This document shows, one piece after another, positions 22,601 through 33,000 of a DNA stretch of 64,000 nt (the stretch's first letter is position 1; each line of letters begins with the position of its first letter). Position numbers and translations under genes: made by a program. The notes below the pieces were generated by a model that was not told the origin of the DNA, ran no database searches, and was given only the letters and a program-made list of their open reading frames with translations. Origin of the DNA: Tubiluchus corallicola (Eukaryota > Animalia > Priapulida); contig JAQGDQ010000072.1 in assembly GCA_030141605.1 (NCBI GenBank), forward strand, positions 496,001 through 560,000, read 5' to 3'.

Positions 22601-25600
22601 TGTCAGTTGGCACAAGTAATGTGTGTGTTCCATCCATTTGGCTGCAATGAAATGTTGCAACGTCAGGATCTCTCGCGACACATGCAAGAATCTACGCAAC
22701 ATCACATGCGAATGTTGCTGCATACTGTCAGCAAGCTTCAGGGACAGCTACATGCATTACAGTAAGTATAAATTCACACTGTACTGTTACTACGTTATAA
22801 ACACTTAATAGTCATTTTAGCAATAGCTAATATAACAATGTGAATTGACATGTGTAAGATCATATAATATCGTTGTACGCATGAAAATAAAACTGCAAAG
22901 AGATTTTTTTAAATTAAATTTTTCCAGCAAATTCCATCTCATGTGCACAAATTATTTGAAATTAAAACATAATTGGAATTCAGTGCTGTGTAAATTATGG
23001 AGGGAATTCCAATTTTTTAGAAAGTATAATGAAGCAATAGTCTTGTCGTTTTCACCACATAGATTGCCTAGCTGTACTTGTGCACTAGAGATGCCAAACA
23101 CTACAAATTTGGCGATAACGATATGATGCGATACATTTTCCATTGATACGATAACGATAATCTATTTTTTAAATGATGCGATAAATTATTTTGAATGACA
23201 AAAACGATACTGAAGTTAGGTAATTTATAAAACAACAGGAAATTATCATCAATAATGAAAATTATTATTCTTCAGCACCTTCCTTCCTCAGTTTGAATAG
23301 TTTTGAACAGTCAGTTTAACCAAATTAGCTGACATCGACTCAATAGAGACATTTAGATGTTAAAGTGTGATGAGCCAAAATTAATAAACTTAGTGATTTA
23401 TGTATAAACATCAATTAACATAATCACAAATTAACTATAGGAGGAATGTGTTGAAAAATTGTGAGCCAACTGTGAGAATTTGAACTCAGAACTTGGCGAT
23501 TTTAGATCAAATGTTCTACCATATGGATGGTTAATTGTGAAACCTGATACACAATTTTTATCTAGGACAGGTGACGGTGGTGCAGCTGAGCTACCGCCAA
23601 TTCGTGGGAATCCATATTTTGGAAAGCTTTCACTACCTTGTGCTAAATCTAATGCTAAAAATGTAGAATCAGAGCTTCAGAGCAGGTTTGCTTTATTAAC
23701 TGGTTATTATATTAGTAAGCTTTTACTGTTCATTTCATGTGGTAAGAGTTTTAACTTTTTCAGCACTACTGACGGTTAAAAAAATGCATTTTATATTAAT
23801 TTGTGTTTCCATGATTACTGTGCTTTTTCTTCCTTTCAGGTGTACAGATCATGAACATGTTACTGAACTGCAGAAGAGACTTGTGACTTTAGAGCAGCAT
23901 AATTTAGAACTGCAGTCGAAAGTATGTATGATAATAATAACAATAATAATAGTTACTATTTTAACAATGTCTAACAGCTACCTTTTGAGTCTGTAGTAGG
24001 GTTAATTTTGGGCTTAGGGCTGATTTTGGTAGTATGCTATTAAGTTGCAACTACAGATACCTATAACTGTGTTTAGAATTACAATCATTTTGCAAATGAA
24101 ATGATAAGTATGTTTTTTCTATCAATTAAAAATCCCTGCATAATTTTTTGAGACCATGACAATAAACTTGACACATGTGTGCATTAAAAATGGGAAAAAA
24201 TTGCTCGGCTTTTGTTGTAACAACTTACTTTTTGACTTGTCGTACACTGCTATTTTTTATTTTATTAGCCTGCAGTTACTAGGAACTCGTCAAATTGATT
24301 GTTCATTAGTATTAGTTAGTAAATACTGGTGACCTGGTTTGTTCATATGGGTATCACTAAAATCTTGTTGATGTCTTGTGCAAAGGTTGGTAATATAGGA
24401 TTTGCAAGCAAAACTGCATTGCAGTAGTACTCACATTAATTGTTGAATTTTTTTTGTACTTTCCACATACAAATAATGAAAGCTGTAGTTGCCATGAAGC
24501 CATTTTACGAGAATTCATTAAAGTACCAGGCAACAAACTCTTCTCACATGAACTAGTTGTTGTTTGAAATTCTCTGACACTGGAAATGACTGTTGGATAT
24601 TGCAGTCGATGTCGTGACGACAAAAGGTGTAAACAGTAGAATACACATTAAATATTTATTGATGTAGAAGTTCACAAAAAGTAAGTAAAAAGATGTAGCA
24701 AAACTAGGGCAAACCATTTACTACTGGGGCTAAAAGCCCATGTTTAGAAGATGATAACAGACAGATGGAAGCCATCTACTACAGCAATAGTGATTTTACA
24801 GATTAGAAAGCTAATTATAAATTAAAAGTAATTTCTTGTAATCTTCGGATCGTTATCAACGACAGTCAAAATGCCTGTCCGTCTTAGTTTTTAATAATAA
24901 AACTGTTCTTTAAAAATAGAAAACTTGCAGCCTTTTTTTACAAACAAAACTAGCAACACTTCTAAGTACCATGCTTCCCTAGCTTTTTAGTAGCATCCAA
25001 TTATTTTCAAATCTGCCTGCAGTTTTTTTAGAGCAAAAATTTGTTGTAACTTCTGTAAGGCAAGCAGATTGAACAAGTACCTACATGGTACCTTGTGTTT
25101 GATCAGTTTTATAGCAAGTAATAAGTTAATAGCCAGTGCTAAATGTAAAGATCTCCTCCAGTGCTACATTAATTCTACCAATTTTCATCGGTGATATTCC
25201 ACACAAAGTACTTGGAAGTTTTCTAGCACTATTTTTGCTCTCCTGCAGGTTGAAGACCAGAAACAATTGATTAAGGCGCTACAGAGCCATCAGTCATCGC
25301 TCGAAGCTCGCTGCTGTAATGGTGAATATGTGTGGAAAGTGTGCAATTTTTCGGCTGTCAAGGATGTTAGTCATAGCCCGGGTTTTTACACGGGTATGTT
25401 TGGTTACAAAGTTTGTCTTCGCATGAATGTCAACCGTCAAGATAGCACTATTTCCATATTTGTGCATTTCATGATGGGCGACCATGATGATATTTTAACC
25501 TGGCCATTTACTGGTAAAATCCACTTTGAAATTCTTGACCAGTCAAACGAACAACATCCAGAGCATATGAAAAGAACATTCGATTCTGACCCCAAACTAG

Positions 25601-25767
25601 AAGCTTTTAAACGGCCAGTTATTAAACGCAATCCTAAAGGGTATGGCTTTCCTGATTTGACCACAATCGAACGTTTACAGCAAAGGCCGTACATAAAGGG
25701 TAATTCACTTTTTATCAAAGTTATCGTAATTCCTCAACTGACTTGTACGCAGTATGTGGCAAATTAA
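4688..25767 (+). CDS. TRAF6: TNF receptor-associated factor 6 (RING, five TRAF-type zinc-finger units, coiled coil, MATH domain), ~636 aa
   Basis: Exons 4688-5168, 13153-13285, 14305-14461, 15189-15350, 21572-21643, 22577-22761, 23566-23685, 23840-23921, 25249-25767. All GT-AG, phases consistent, total 1911 nt. GYECDFVKKLEPEYQCPICLQCLRDPYQTNCGHLFC, FPDNHRKREV, RHMQESTQHHMRML, CNGEYVWK, HSPGFYTGMFGYKVCLR and RNPKGYGF match TRAF6. Confidence 0.93.
6054..6567 (+). repeat. 5' LTR of the BEL/Pao element (start abuts the N gap)
   Basis: Matches 12481-13004 by eye, except for a 10-bp ttaaaacttt duplication in the 3' copy and the last base. Confidence 0.93.
6598..12453 (+). CDS. BEL/Pao Gag-Pol polyprotein: SAP-like motif, gag with three Cys/His knuckles, aspartic protease, RT, RNase H, integrase
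   Basis: Knuckles CFYC..H....C, CFGC..H....C and CDIC...HPTVLH; protease FLDPGS; RT HLFGAVSS and FYVDD; RNase H FSDASEVGYG and RLELTAA; integrase H..HH..CITC, DAFGP, SDCGTNF, WERL; C-terminal FWTRWKREYL..RPISKLVLL. Confidence 0.95.
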   Translation: MAQLALTESNLRKMHKADLKNLCIDYGLPEEGTKDQLIARMLEDARDARHEAERTSDAIIDDLPEPISESQTPDGQGQQLPVADLQQRTLVDISRQQSQRMPDYSSHRSRVIEPFNAYSFAGDSRPISQEDISLAPVTKTQPMSQAHSVKSGVSNVSRRSQAYIEKALELNDEEAKIKRRMAEAKIQQELNEIENKQALNEVKLRKSLLSAEMEDDIDEDDKSDGQSVGSNRSFQSNRSFGNRPYSPQRQSAAVQDPRPQQSNELIAKAFLDQAKCLNQIVSLQKLPLPELVKFNRHDVTKYNAFITVFKQTFETCITDQLQLYRYLVQYTEGKAQTLVEASENNRKPYDHAVAALHAKYGNSSVAAAAFKTKLRSWKPITKMDDVDSVEEFSAFLNNCGASMHDNAYLLSLDDPCTIQLVCSKLPYRMQDQVLEHAQKIEKRYGRPPKFTEVVKHISDRTKSLSHPILSRQAMAKSTDKGEEHTFKTFKGGNRKSSSFAIDSNNMSRGQTLKQRPCFYCSATNHRLDKCKEFSQLSYDAKRKFVKDNKICFGCLNGTFHAYKDCRSKKHCDICKRTHPTVLHIDTQSQSGVSSDSSQLQTDAICEAKPTNQHQSTSTASISRVNTSNVTSADSVVSMAIVPVKIFHKDNIHNSRVACCFLDPGSNDGFISEELAEELGATGQYTDIRLRTLSGTHLIKSQGIDGLCVSRLNGSNVVELPRLFTKELIPADRNEIPDPNKVEELRHLSDIAKSLHPIMHNVEVGLLLGMNTPKAMEPLQVISHTDFNCYAVLTRLGWTVQGVIGKASRVGLRSSYSRVICTDAATEEISSCQFSIPTAVQNATDTNGYGDSQEEKLFMSKVTAQTCYKNGKYVVPLPFKKDNPVMPNNRVQAEQRMRSLAKRFQAEELRNEYTAFMNKMLENGYAEKVPPSEPYPDAGKVWYIPHHPVYHKRKKKIRVVFNCSAVFMGTSLNNELLQAPNLTNSLLGVLCRFRQGPAAFMADMQSMYYRVAIPRHQADYVRFLWWDQGDPKNPPHDYRMLVHLFGAVSSGGCANFALQQTAKDNVTAFPRDVTQTILFNFYVDDCCKSASTTHDAIAIATQLKDLCQKGNFRLTQFVANKSEIIAAIPIEDRANQESKTINAYKEQIEYALGVSWYIENDAFGFRIRLNDTPLTRRGILSTIHSIYDVMGLISPALLIGKIILQELTRDRLGWDESVPENVRQRWEIWRRSLPLIEQLRIPRCFHPDDFGEIQDIQIHHFSDASEVGYGTCSYLRLVDSNNQIHCTLIQGKARVTPVKHVTMPRLELTAAVLSVNTASMLDHELDYENAQHYYWSDSKVVLGYIANQTRRFKIFVANRVQQILDTSNPTHWHYIDTKSNPSDVASRGQQVEQFINNNIWFRGPKMLYAEDEFWKNTGMQSFSIAETDPELKSVRTIGAASHDSTRLIDTLESRCSSWYKMKRTLATVMRACNAFRSKLSTAKPATSSLMNDVEMNGQFSVESLLAAENMLYLLLQSRNGETFKRNCKPLMDKLGVARVGGRIQQSDLTFCEKHPVIIPPKTATSKLIIRWFHEKIVHHSGRGLTMNAIRTAGLWIINLNSNVRNVIRNCITCRKLRRPHEEQKMSVLPVDRLTPSPPFTYCATDAFGPFFVREGRKTLKRYGIIFTCLVSRAVHLELAASLDTDAFIMALRRFLARRGPVRQMRSDCGTNFVGTITETKECFKEMDNEKIRNYLLQHGADWKFNVPSASHHGGTWERLIGASRRILEALLQENSALLTDESLRTLLIEVEAVMNSRPITVEALSDQELLPLSPNSILTGKTRVVLPPPGNFQRPDLYCRKQWRRVQYLMEQFWTRWKREYLQSLQSRSKWLHHKRSLKIGDICLIMDDNQPRNVWKLCRVIRTYPDCQDQVRSVRVKTQDTELDRPISKLVLLVENDEGSIPVEGATRQNS
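12477..13004 (+). repeat. 3' LTR of the BEL/Pao element (528 bp, TGT...ACA)
   Basis: Begins tgttggtgtca right after the PPT and ends catccaca; AATAAA at 12931-12936. Confidence 0.95.
15740..16346. mobile_element. Tigger/pogo-like MITE, degenerate; left boundary approximate
   Basis: Right end ...gtgagtctattaagtggcacctactg|ta. Its reverse complement (gactcactttgggac..tgttt..ccaattaac) recurs at ~49720, and attctattaaccatg is shared with ~50468. Confidence 0.5.
16824..17066 (-). repeat. 3' LTR of the Gypsy element (243 bp)
   Basis: Direct repeat of 20804-21028, with about 10 substitutions and two indels (21 and 3 bp) by eye. Confidence 0.92.
17090..19759 (-). pseudogene. Disrupted Gypsy gag-protease-integrase(N-terminal part)-RNase H(C-terminal part) coding region
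   Basis: ATG at 19759 followed by two in-frame stops. Gag motifs FLTFEKIA..W, AYELVPEAYRQRFR and LLEDFK; two CCHC knuckles; protease ILRDTGAAQSL then a stop; frameshift near 18070; IN H..GH..C..C and LIDCAGPLP; RNase H FTDHNPL..RLLRWSL. Confidence 0.9.
20804..21028 (-). repeat. 5' LTR of the Gypsy element (225 bp)
   Basis: Adjacent to the PBS; direct repeat of 16824-17066. Confidence 0.92.
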
Positions 25768-27069
25768 TAAATCGCTTTTTGCCACCTTTAATGCGAAAAA
25801 GATCAAGTTTATGTCATTTTTTCGCCATTGCAACACTGTGCGAGTGTTTTTTCTTTTGCCAATGAGAGTTACGTTTGTTTGTTTGATCTTGAGTTGCCTT
25901 CTGATCTCAGATTAAAGTATCTTACAAACATGGCTAGCATATCGAAACAACCAGGAGACCCATACCCTGTTTGAAAATATGTAGCTCCTGTTGCTATACT
26001 ACATCCTTACAAATTGATTATCCGTGCTCGCATAGTATATTACAGCCACATCTGTGCTGTTCCCTGACCATACTTTAATCTAATTGACAAATTGTAAGAT
26101 TATATCTAGCCCTCCTGCTCAAAAGTCAGCAGTCGGTAAGTTTCTTGTCTTGCTGCTTTTTATTTGACAATAAGCGTTATAATTACTTACTTACTAAGAT
26201 GTTCCCTGAGTTTCTTGTCATTTTGGTTCACAAGCGCTGACAGTTTGCTCAGCAATACCCGTTTCTACGCTTGACAATAACATTCCTACTTCTTCCTAGA
26301 TACAGAGCAGCTACATATAAACCCAGTTGTTACCCTCTGGCATTACTACATTGGTAGCCAAACTAATTAAGTGGTAAATGTACAATAGGAAATGCCAATA
26401 ATAGGCAAGAAAAGCCAATTTGTTATCAGTTTATGAGCATGTTTTGCTTTGCTTTTAGTCTTTAAAGATGCTATGATTTTGAATATGTTATCGAATAAAA
26501 TACAGATCATGTGATTACAGATCTTGTGCATGTCTACATAGGAGCCCCTCAGAAATTCTTTATTTCTAATTCATTCTAATTTCTAACTGAATTCCTAGAT
26601 TCTAATTAGAAAAATTTAATACTGTAATATTGGAACTGATGGCTGCATGTTCAATAGCACATTTGTTTAATAAAATTGTAAAATGTTTTAACTAATTCAT
26701 GAAGTTCAATTTGGAATCATGAACCACCTTTGTGATTAAATACTTGTCACAATAAATATAATGATCTTTTATTAAAAAGAATTAACATTTACATTTAACA
26801 GATTTGAAGTTTTTGAATTTACTGGTATTTGTAATACACTGTTGTGATTACACTACACATTACGAATAAACTTATTTTACATAGGCTATTTTATAAAACA
26901 AGAAGTTATACAGTCATGTTTATCCTGAAAGTATTTTTGTTGTGCATTCTTTGTAGTTTTATAAATAAACGTACCTAACATTCTAACAATGACTGTACTG
27001 ACAATTTTAACTCACTTTATATGTACAGTTCACAGTGTACACTGAGATTAGTCTTTTTCACAATTTTAT

Positions 27070-30000
27070 TCATGATAATTGCTCACTTGATAGTTTGTAC
27101 TTTCTAATGAATTTATCGCGACAAGCAGTGTAGACAAATCGCCCATTTGAACAGACACTGTAGATAGGATCACAATCTGAGCCAGTTAATTCTAAAGTGT
27201 GTTTTTTCTCCAAATTCTTATAGTTTGTGTAGAAACAGGAACCATCTTGAGTGCTGGTGAAAAATCCTTGCTGATACTTTCTTATACACAAGATAGCTGA
27301 TCGCAGTTCTGCCCAGTGAGCAACAGGTGAACTAAAATACAAAAGATGAGAAGTTAAGAACTTTAAACCAAGTTCTAAGATCACAAAACTGCAAAAATAG
27401 AAGATGTCAAACAGAAAATTATAAGAAACACGAAATGTTTATTATACAAATACAATGTTTCGTCTATTCTATCACCATTCTCAAATTATCATCAAAGCAC
27501 GAGACAACCCTCCATTTACATAAGTTTAAAATATTCGCCTTGAAATTTTATACCACTTACATACTGCCTTGCATGCAGGGCTTGCGTCAGCAGTAACGCT
27601 GCGTAAAACGTGTAAATTTAAGCTCCCGCAATGACCGGTAGGTGCAACCATGTTAATCGTAGGTCGTTTGAAACACATTTAGATAACATTACGTGAAGTT
27701 TGAAAAAATCAGAGCATTTGTAGCACACATGTTACTAACTAAATAAAATTTCAAGTTACTGTATCTCGTCAATATGATTAAAAATACATTTTTGGCTAGT
27801 GAATGGTGCACCCTGGAGGGTGAGCCAGCGACAATTTACCAATTGGCACGAACATTTTAAATTATTATTTCTAGTTACACAAGTCTTTCCAGCAGGTAAG
27901 CAAAATGCAGAGTAATATAGATTTGCATGGAAAGTTTTTTCGGGACATAATTTAACATTGCTTTTTCTTCATCTAATTTACGGTTGCATAGAGGACGTCA
28001 TGTAATGGCGCCGTCAGAACAGTATTGCGGGAGATTTAAAATGAAAACAAACAAAAATTCTTTTAATGCAAGTACGATATATACATAAAATTACTGTAAA
28101 GTAATATAATTTTTTAAGGCAATTTTTCTGAAATTAACTTCAGGTACCCTTTTCTTGTCCTTTAAGTAAATAACAAAAATATCTGTATTTAAATGTACTA
28201 CTACAGCAATAAATTAAAACCCTCATTTTTTAAATTTAAAAATGGATTCTTAATTTTAATGTTGTATGACTCTTTGATGAATAATTCAAATTTGTTTTTC
28301 GCATTATCTAAAATAAATACAGCTTATAGCAACAAAACATTTTACATAATAGTTTAATGAGATAATACCAGTCTATTCTAGACTGTCACTTGGAATGTTT
28401 TAAGATTTAGATGCACCATTTACTTGTGTTATTTACTGAACAATTTTTTGAAAAGTTTATACAACTGCCAAAGCTTCATCTTTGTATAATAAATAAGCTT
28501 AGGCTGCCAGGCCATAGAAACTCATGCTTCATGCCTCACGCTTCATACTTCATGCTTCATGCTTCACGGCCCACTGGGCCATAGGGGCTCATGCTCTCAC
28601 GCTTCACACACGAGTCTGCGTTGCGCATTCAAAATGGAATCATCTGACGAGGAAGATTTCTTGATTTTGTTGTGTCTCAGAAGAAGGAAGCGAAAGAGAC
28701 GGAGAATATGGTGCCGGGAGCATTTTTTGCTCAGAGAATCCAGAGGAGAATTTCAGCGGACATTTCAACACCTCGTGGACAATCCTGATGAAGAACTATT
28801 TCATAATTATACAAGGATGTCGTACAAGACTTACAGTACATTAAAGTCCCTCGTGCTAGGACATCTGAAGCCACGCCGTTCAAATTGGAGGAGGCCAATC
28901 GAAGCAGAACAAAAGCTCATCATAACTCTCAGGTGGTAATTACTAGTCAAAGTATGTTTGTCAGATAAGCATGCACTGACATGACCACATAAAAAAGTAG
29001 ATCTAAACACCCCCCCCCCCGATAAAAAAAGAAAGGCCACACAAAAATTCCAAAATGTTTTTGAAGGGTAAAATTTAATTATTTTATGTTTTTCAGATAT
29101 ACTGACATATAATAAAAACAAAAACCGAAAAACGAAAGTGAAAAATTTGAAAAGGTTTAGGTCACAATGTCCCGTTCTAACTCTGATCGTGAAATGAATA
29201 GTCCTCAGGACCATGAGCAGTCAAAAAACGCTCTGATATCCAGTCTGCCCCCGGACTCACGTCTCGAAAAAGTGAACATGTTCACTTCTAGCTTCACGCG
29301 TGAGTCGTGAAGCTTGAAGTTTGAGGCGTGAGCGGAGGTCTATGGCGCACCGCAAATAAGATTACGTTTGTTCATTTTTCCACTCACGCGTTTAGACGTG
29401 AAGCATGAGCGTGAGGCATGAAGCGTGAGTTTCTATGGCCTGGCAGCCTTAAAGGTATTTGTGACACCTTAGTACATTGATTTGTTAGTAGGAAATGTTA
29501 TGTAAAAACACAGGTATATTTGCTCTCTGGCGGGAAATGAAGAAAATACACATGTACAAGTAAAGGTGTCCACACTGGACTTTTGTGTCGAAATATCACT
29601 GTCTGCATTCTCTTTAAATTAAACCATCATCTGAAATCTAGGACTGAACCATATTTACTAATCATTCTAATGGCTATTTGTTTACAGGAGGGCAAAGGTA
29701 CATAAATACCAAATAAATCACACCTGTTTTTTCTAATGTCATAAATATACAAATGTCCATCTTGTGTTCCACATACAAACTCGTGAGGTGAGAGAAATGT
29801 ACATGTATTCAGTGCATCACTACACTGCATTTGAAATACCTAGAAAAGAACACAAACAAAAAGGTAGTTTCAAAATAGATAAAATTCAAAATTACTGATA
29901 ACCTACAAACACCCATACTTTCAGAATTTGACCCATGCAATACACATGTTACTAGTCTAGTGGAACTTACTAAACTAACTGGGGTGATTTTATCTCAATT

Positions 30001-33000
30001 CATCCAGAAATAATGCACATGGTGTATTGTTAACATGGCCTTTAAAGTTGCACCAACAAAACCATGTTTTACACTCACATATTCAATTAGGCAAATACTA
30101 CAGCTGGTAAAATTTTACTTTGACCAACTACGAATTACTAAACATTTTGTGGTTAAAATCTTGTAGAAACGGTCTATAATTAAATTTATGCTAGATATTG
30201 TGGACTGATGATAGAAACCAAACGACGAATAATGGTGAAGTTTCAAAAACAAAACATTTCGCATATAAGTATAATAATAGTGCTTTCAATATTAAATTAT
30301 TGCCTCAAGTGCTGGTTTACAGTACATATTCATACAGGGGCACAGCTACGGAAAAATCAACAAAATTTCCCTATAGATGTGCTAACCTTTTTCCGACTAT
30401 GGACCCCATAGCCAAAGACGCAACCATTTTCACAAGCTAATAGTAACAGTTTTCCTTCAGTACCAACTTCTCTTTCACCTGCAAAAAAATCAGTAGTTAC
30501 AGATAGCGAAAAATTGAGTTGTTACAAAACATCCTCCTCGATTCTAGAACCAAAAATCTACAAACATAACAGAAAGCTGTACAGTCAAACCTCTTTATAA
30601 CGCTTAATTTGGGACTGCAAAGAAGTTGATGTTATACAGTGAATTTGGCATTATAATGAAGTGCATTAATAGGTAATGACTATGCAAATATAGACGTTTC
30701 GTTTTGCTAAAAATTTGGGCATTAAGCGAGGTTGGCATTATATAACAAGGTTTGACTGTATTTCAAAAAACTATTTTGCCAATGATAACTGTCAAGTTTG
30801 TCTCATTTTTAAGAGAAAAGTCATATAAGACAGAAAACTACAAACAAAGAGGACTGCTGCACAATTATGAATACTGTTAATCATTTTGATTTCACTAAGT
30901 CCATTAACTACACGACACTGCTTCCTTGCCTCATACTGAGATAGTTAAGTTCATGAAATAGGTGGTAACGTTCATCCAAAACTAGAACATAAACAATTCA
31001 AAATGATGAGAAAGGTGATCAAGAGAATTCCTGTGCATTATAGTATGTTTTCTGTTAGCTTGGTGTAGAAAATCTTGCTATTTAATTCTTAATTTTGAGT
31101 AAAGAAAGCAATTATTTAATAAATTTGGGAAGAAACTGAATAATTTAAAAAATAAGATAATCTTACAGGTTATAGTAATGTTTGGTTAATTTTTTTATAT
31201 AGAACTAATTTTAAAATGAAAATACATCACAATTTCTGGATTATTTTTGATTTTGCACATTACTCAGTGCCACACTATTTTTGCTTATGCTGTTATTATT
31301 AAAAGCAAGGCTGCAAGGTCAATCTTTGTAGTGGTTGCTACATCATTTTATTCATTAATATTTACACACCTAGAAGCTATTTGCTAGCTAAAGTGCTGCG
31401 AAACAACACCAACCTAAGTCACTTAACCACAAAACACAACATTATATTACATTAATAGCAACATTTGTAATTGTAAAAAATAAAAAAAACATGTTGCCAT
31501 CTAAACACATCATAGGTATAGCAGGAGCTGCAGCACTTTACAGACAGAAATAAATAAAAAGTTTAAATGAAGCTTGCTGTAGTACACTACTATTACTGTC
31601 CTGGCACCACTTCCATATTTCAATACCTTGTCTTTATTAAGAAATCTAATAAGTGAACACAGTGAAATTCGAGAAGTCTCCCAACTGGACACAATATCAT
31701 TTATCATTAACGGTAAAACTTTATTCAAATTTCATTGCATCATGTTTTAAATTTACTAATAAACATAAGATATGCACAGTAAAAATTTTTTCTGATTCAC
31801 ACAATCACTTCAGCCACAACCTCTGGCCATCTTCAGGTATATTATGCAAGGTGTAAACACTAAAACGGCCACAGGTTTGACTGAAATGACTGTGGCTATC
31901 AAATTAAAATATTTACTCTGCATATCTTATATTTACATTGCGAATATCTTGTATTTATGTTTAAAGTCAATATGACTTTAACCATTTTATTATATTGAAG
32001 GATGTGGAGGTTTTTCTATCTGTTGCCCTATCCCACTGTTATTGCACACTATGAACATCAGTGAGAGAGCTTTTTGGCCATTGGATCAGTTCAGTGTTAT
32101 TAAGGAATGCAGAAACTAACCCTACCTGTTTAGTAGAAGTTAGGCTTATACAACTGTTAAAACAAGTGCACCTGTTTTGAAATTATTACATGATTAGTAT
32201 CACCATACTTCACTGCATATGGCTGACTTACTAGTCTTATACAACTGTTAAAACAAGTGCACGTGTTTTGGAATTATTACATGATTAGTATCACCATACT
32301 TCACTGCATTTGGCAGACTTACTAGTCTTATACAACTGTTAAAACAAGTGCACGTGTTTTGGAATTATTACATGATTAGTATCACCATACTTCAATGCAT
32401 TTGGCAGACTTACTAGTCTTATACAACTGTTAAAACAAGTGCACGTGTTTTGGAATTATTACATGATTAGTATCACCATACTTCAATGCATTTGGCAGAC
32501 TTACTAGTCTTATAAAACTGTTAAAACAAGTACACATATTTTGAAATTATTACATGATCAGTATCACCATACTTCACTGCATATGGCTGACTTACTAGTC
32601 TTATACAACTGTTAAAACAAGTGCACGTGTTTTGGAATTATTACATGATTAGTATCACCATACTTCAATGCATTTGGCAGACTTACTAGTCTTATAAAAC
32701 TGTTAAAACAAGTACACATATTTTGAAATTATTACATGATCAGTATCACCATACTTCACTGCATATGGCTGACTTACTAGTCTTATACAACTGTTAAAAC
32801 AAGTGCACGTGTTTTGGAATTACCACATGATCAGTATCACCATACTTCACTGCATATGGCTGACTTACTAGTCTTATATAATTGCTAAAATAAGTGCACG
32901 TATTTTGGAATTATTAAATGCTTAGTATCAGTGCACTTGGCATACTTACTAGGTTGTTCATCTGGCACACCAAGATTTACACCCACATCCGAACAGCTGA

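Noticed and set aside
23085-23185. tagagatg start with cgata repeats, hAT-like end
   Set aside because: No matching second terminus or 8-bp TSD found.
32145-32935. CRISPR-like appearance of the 91-bp array (likewise the 45-bp array)
   Set aside because: Units are full tandem copies without unique spacers; eukaryotic context and no cas genes.
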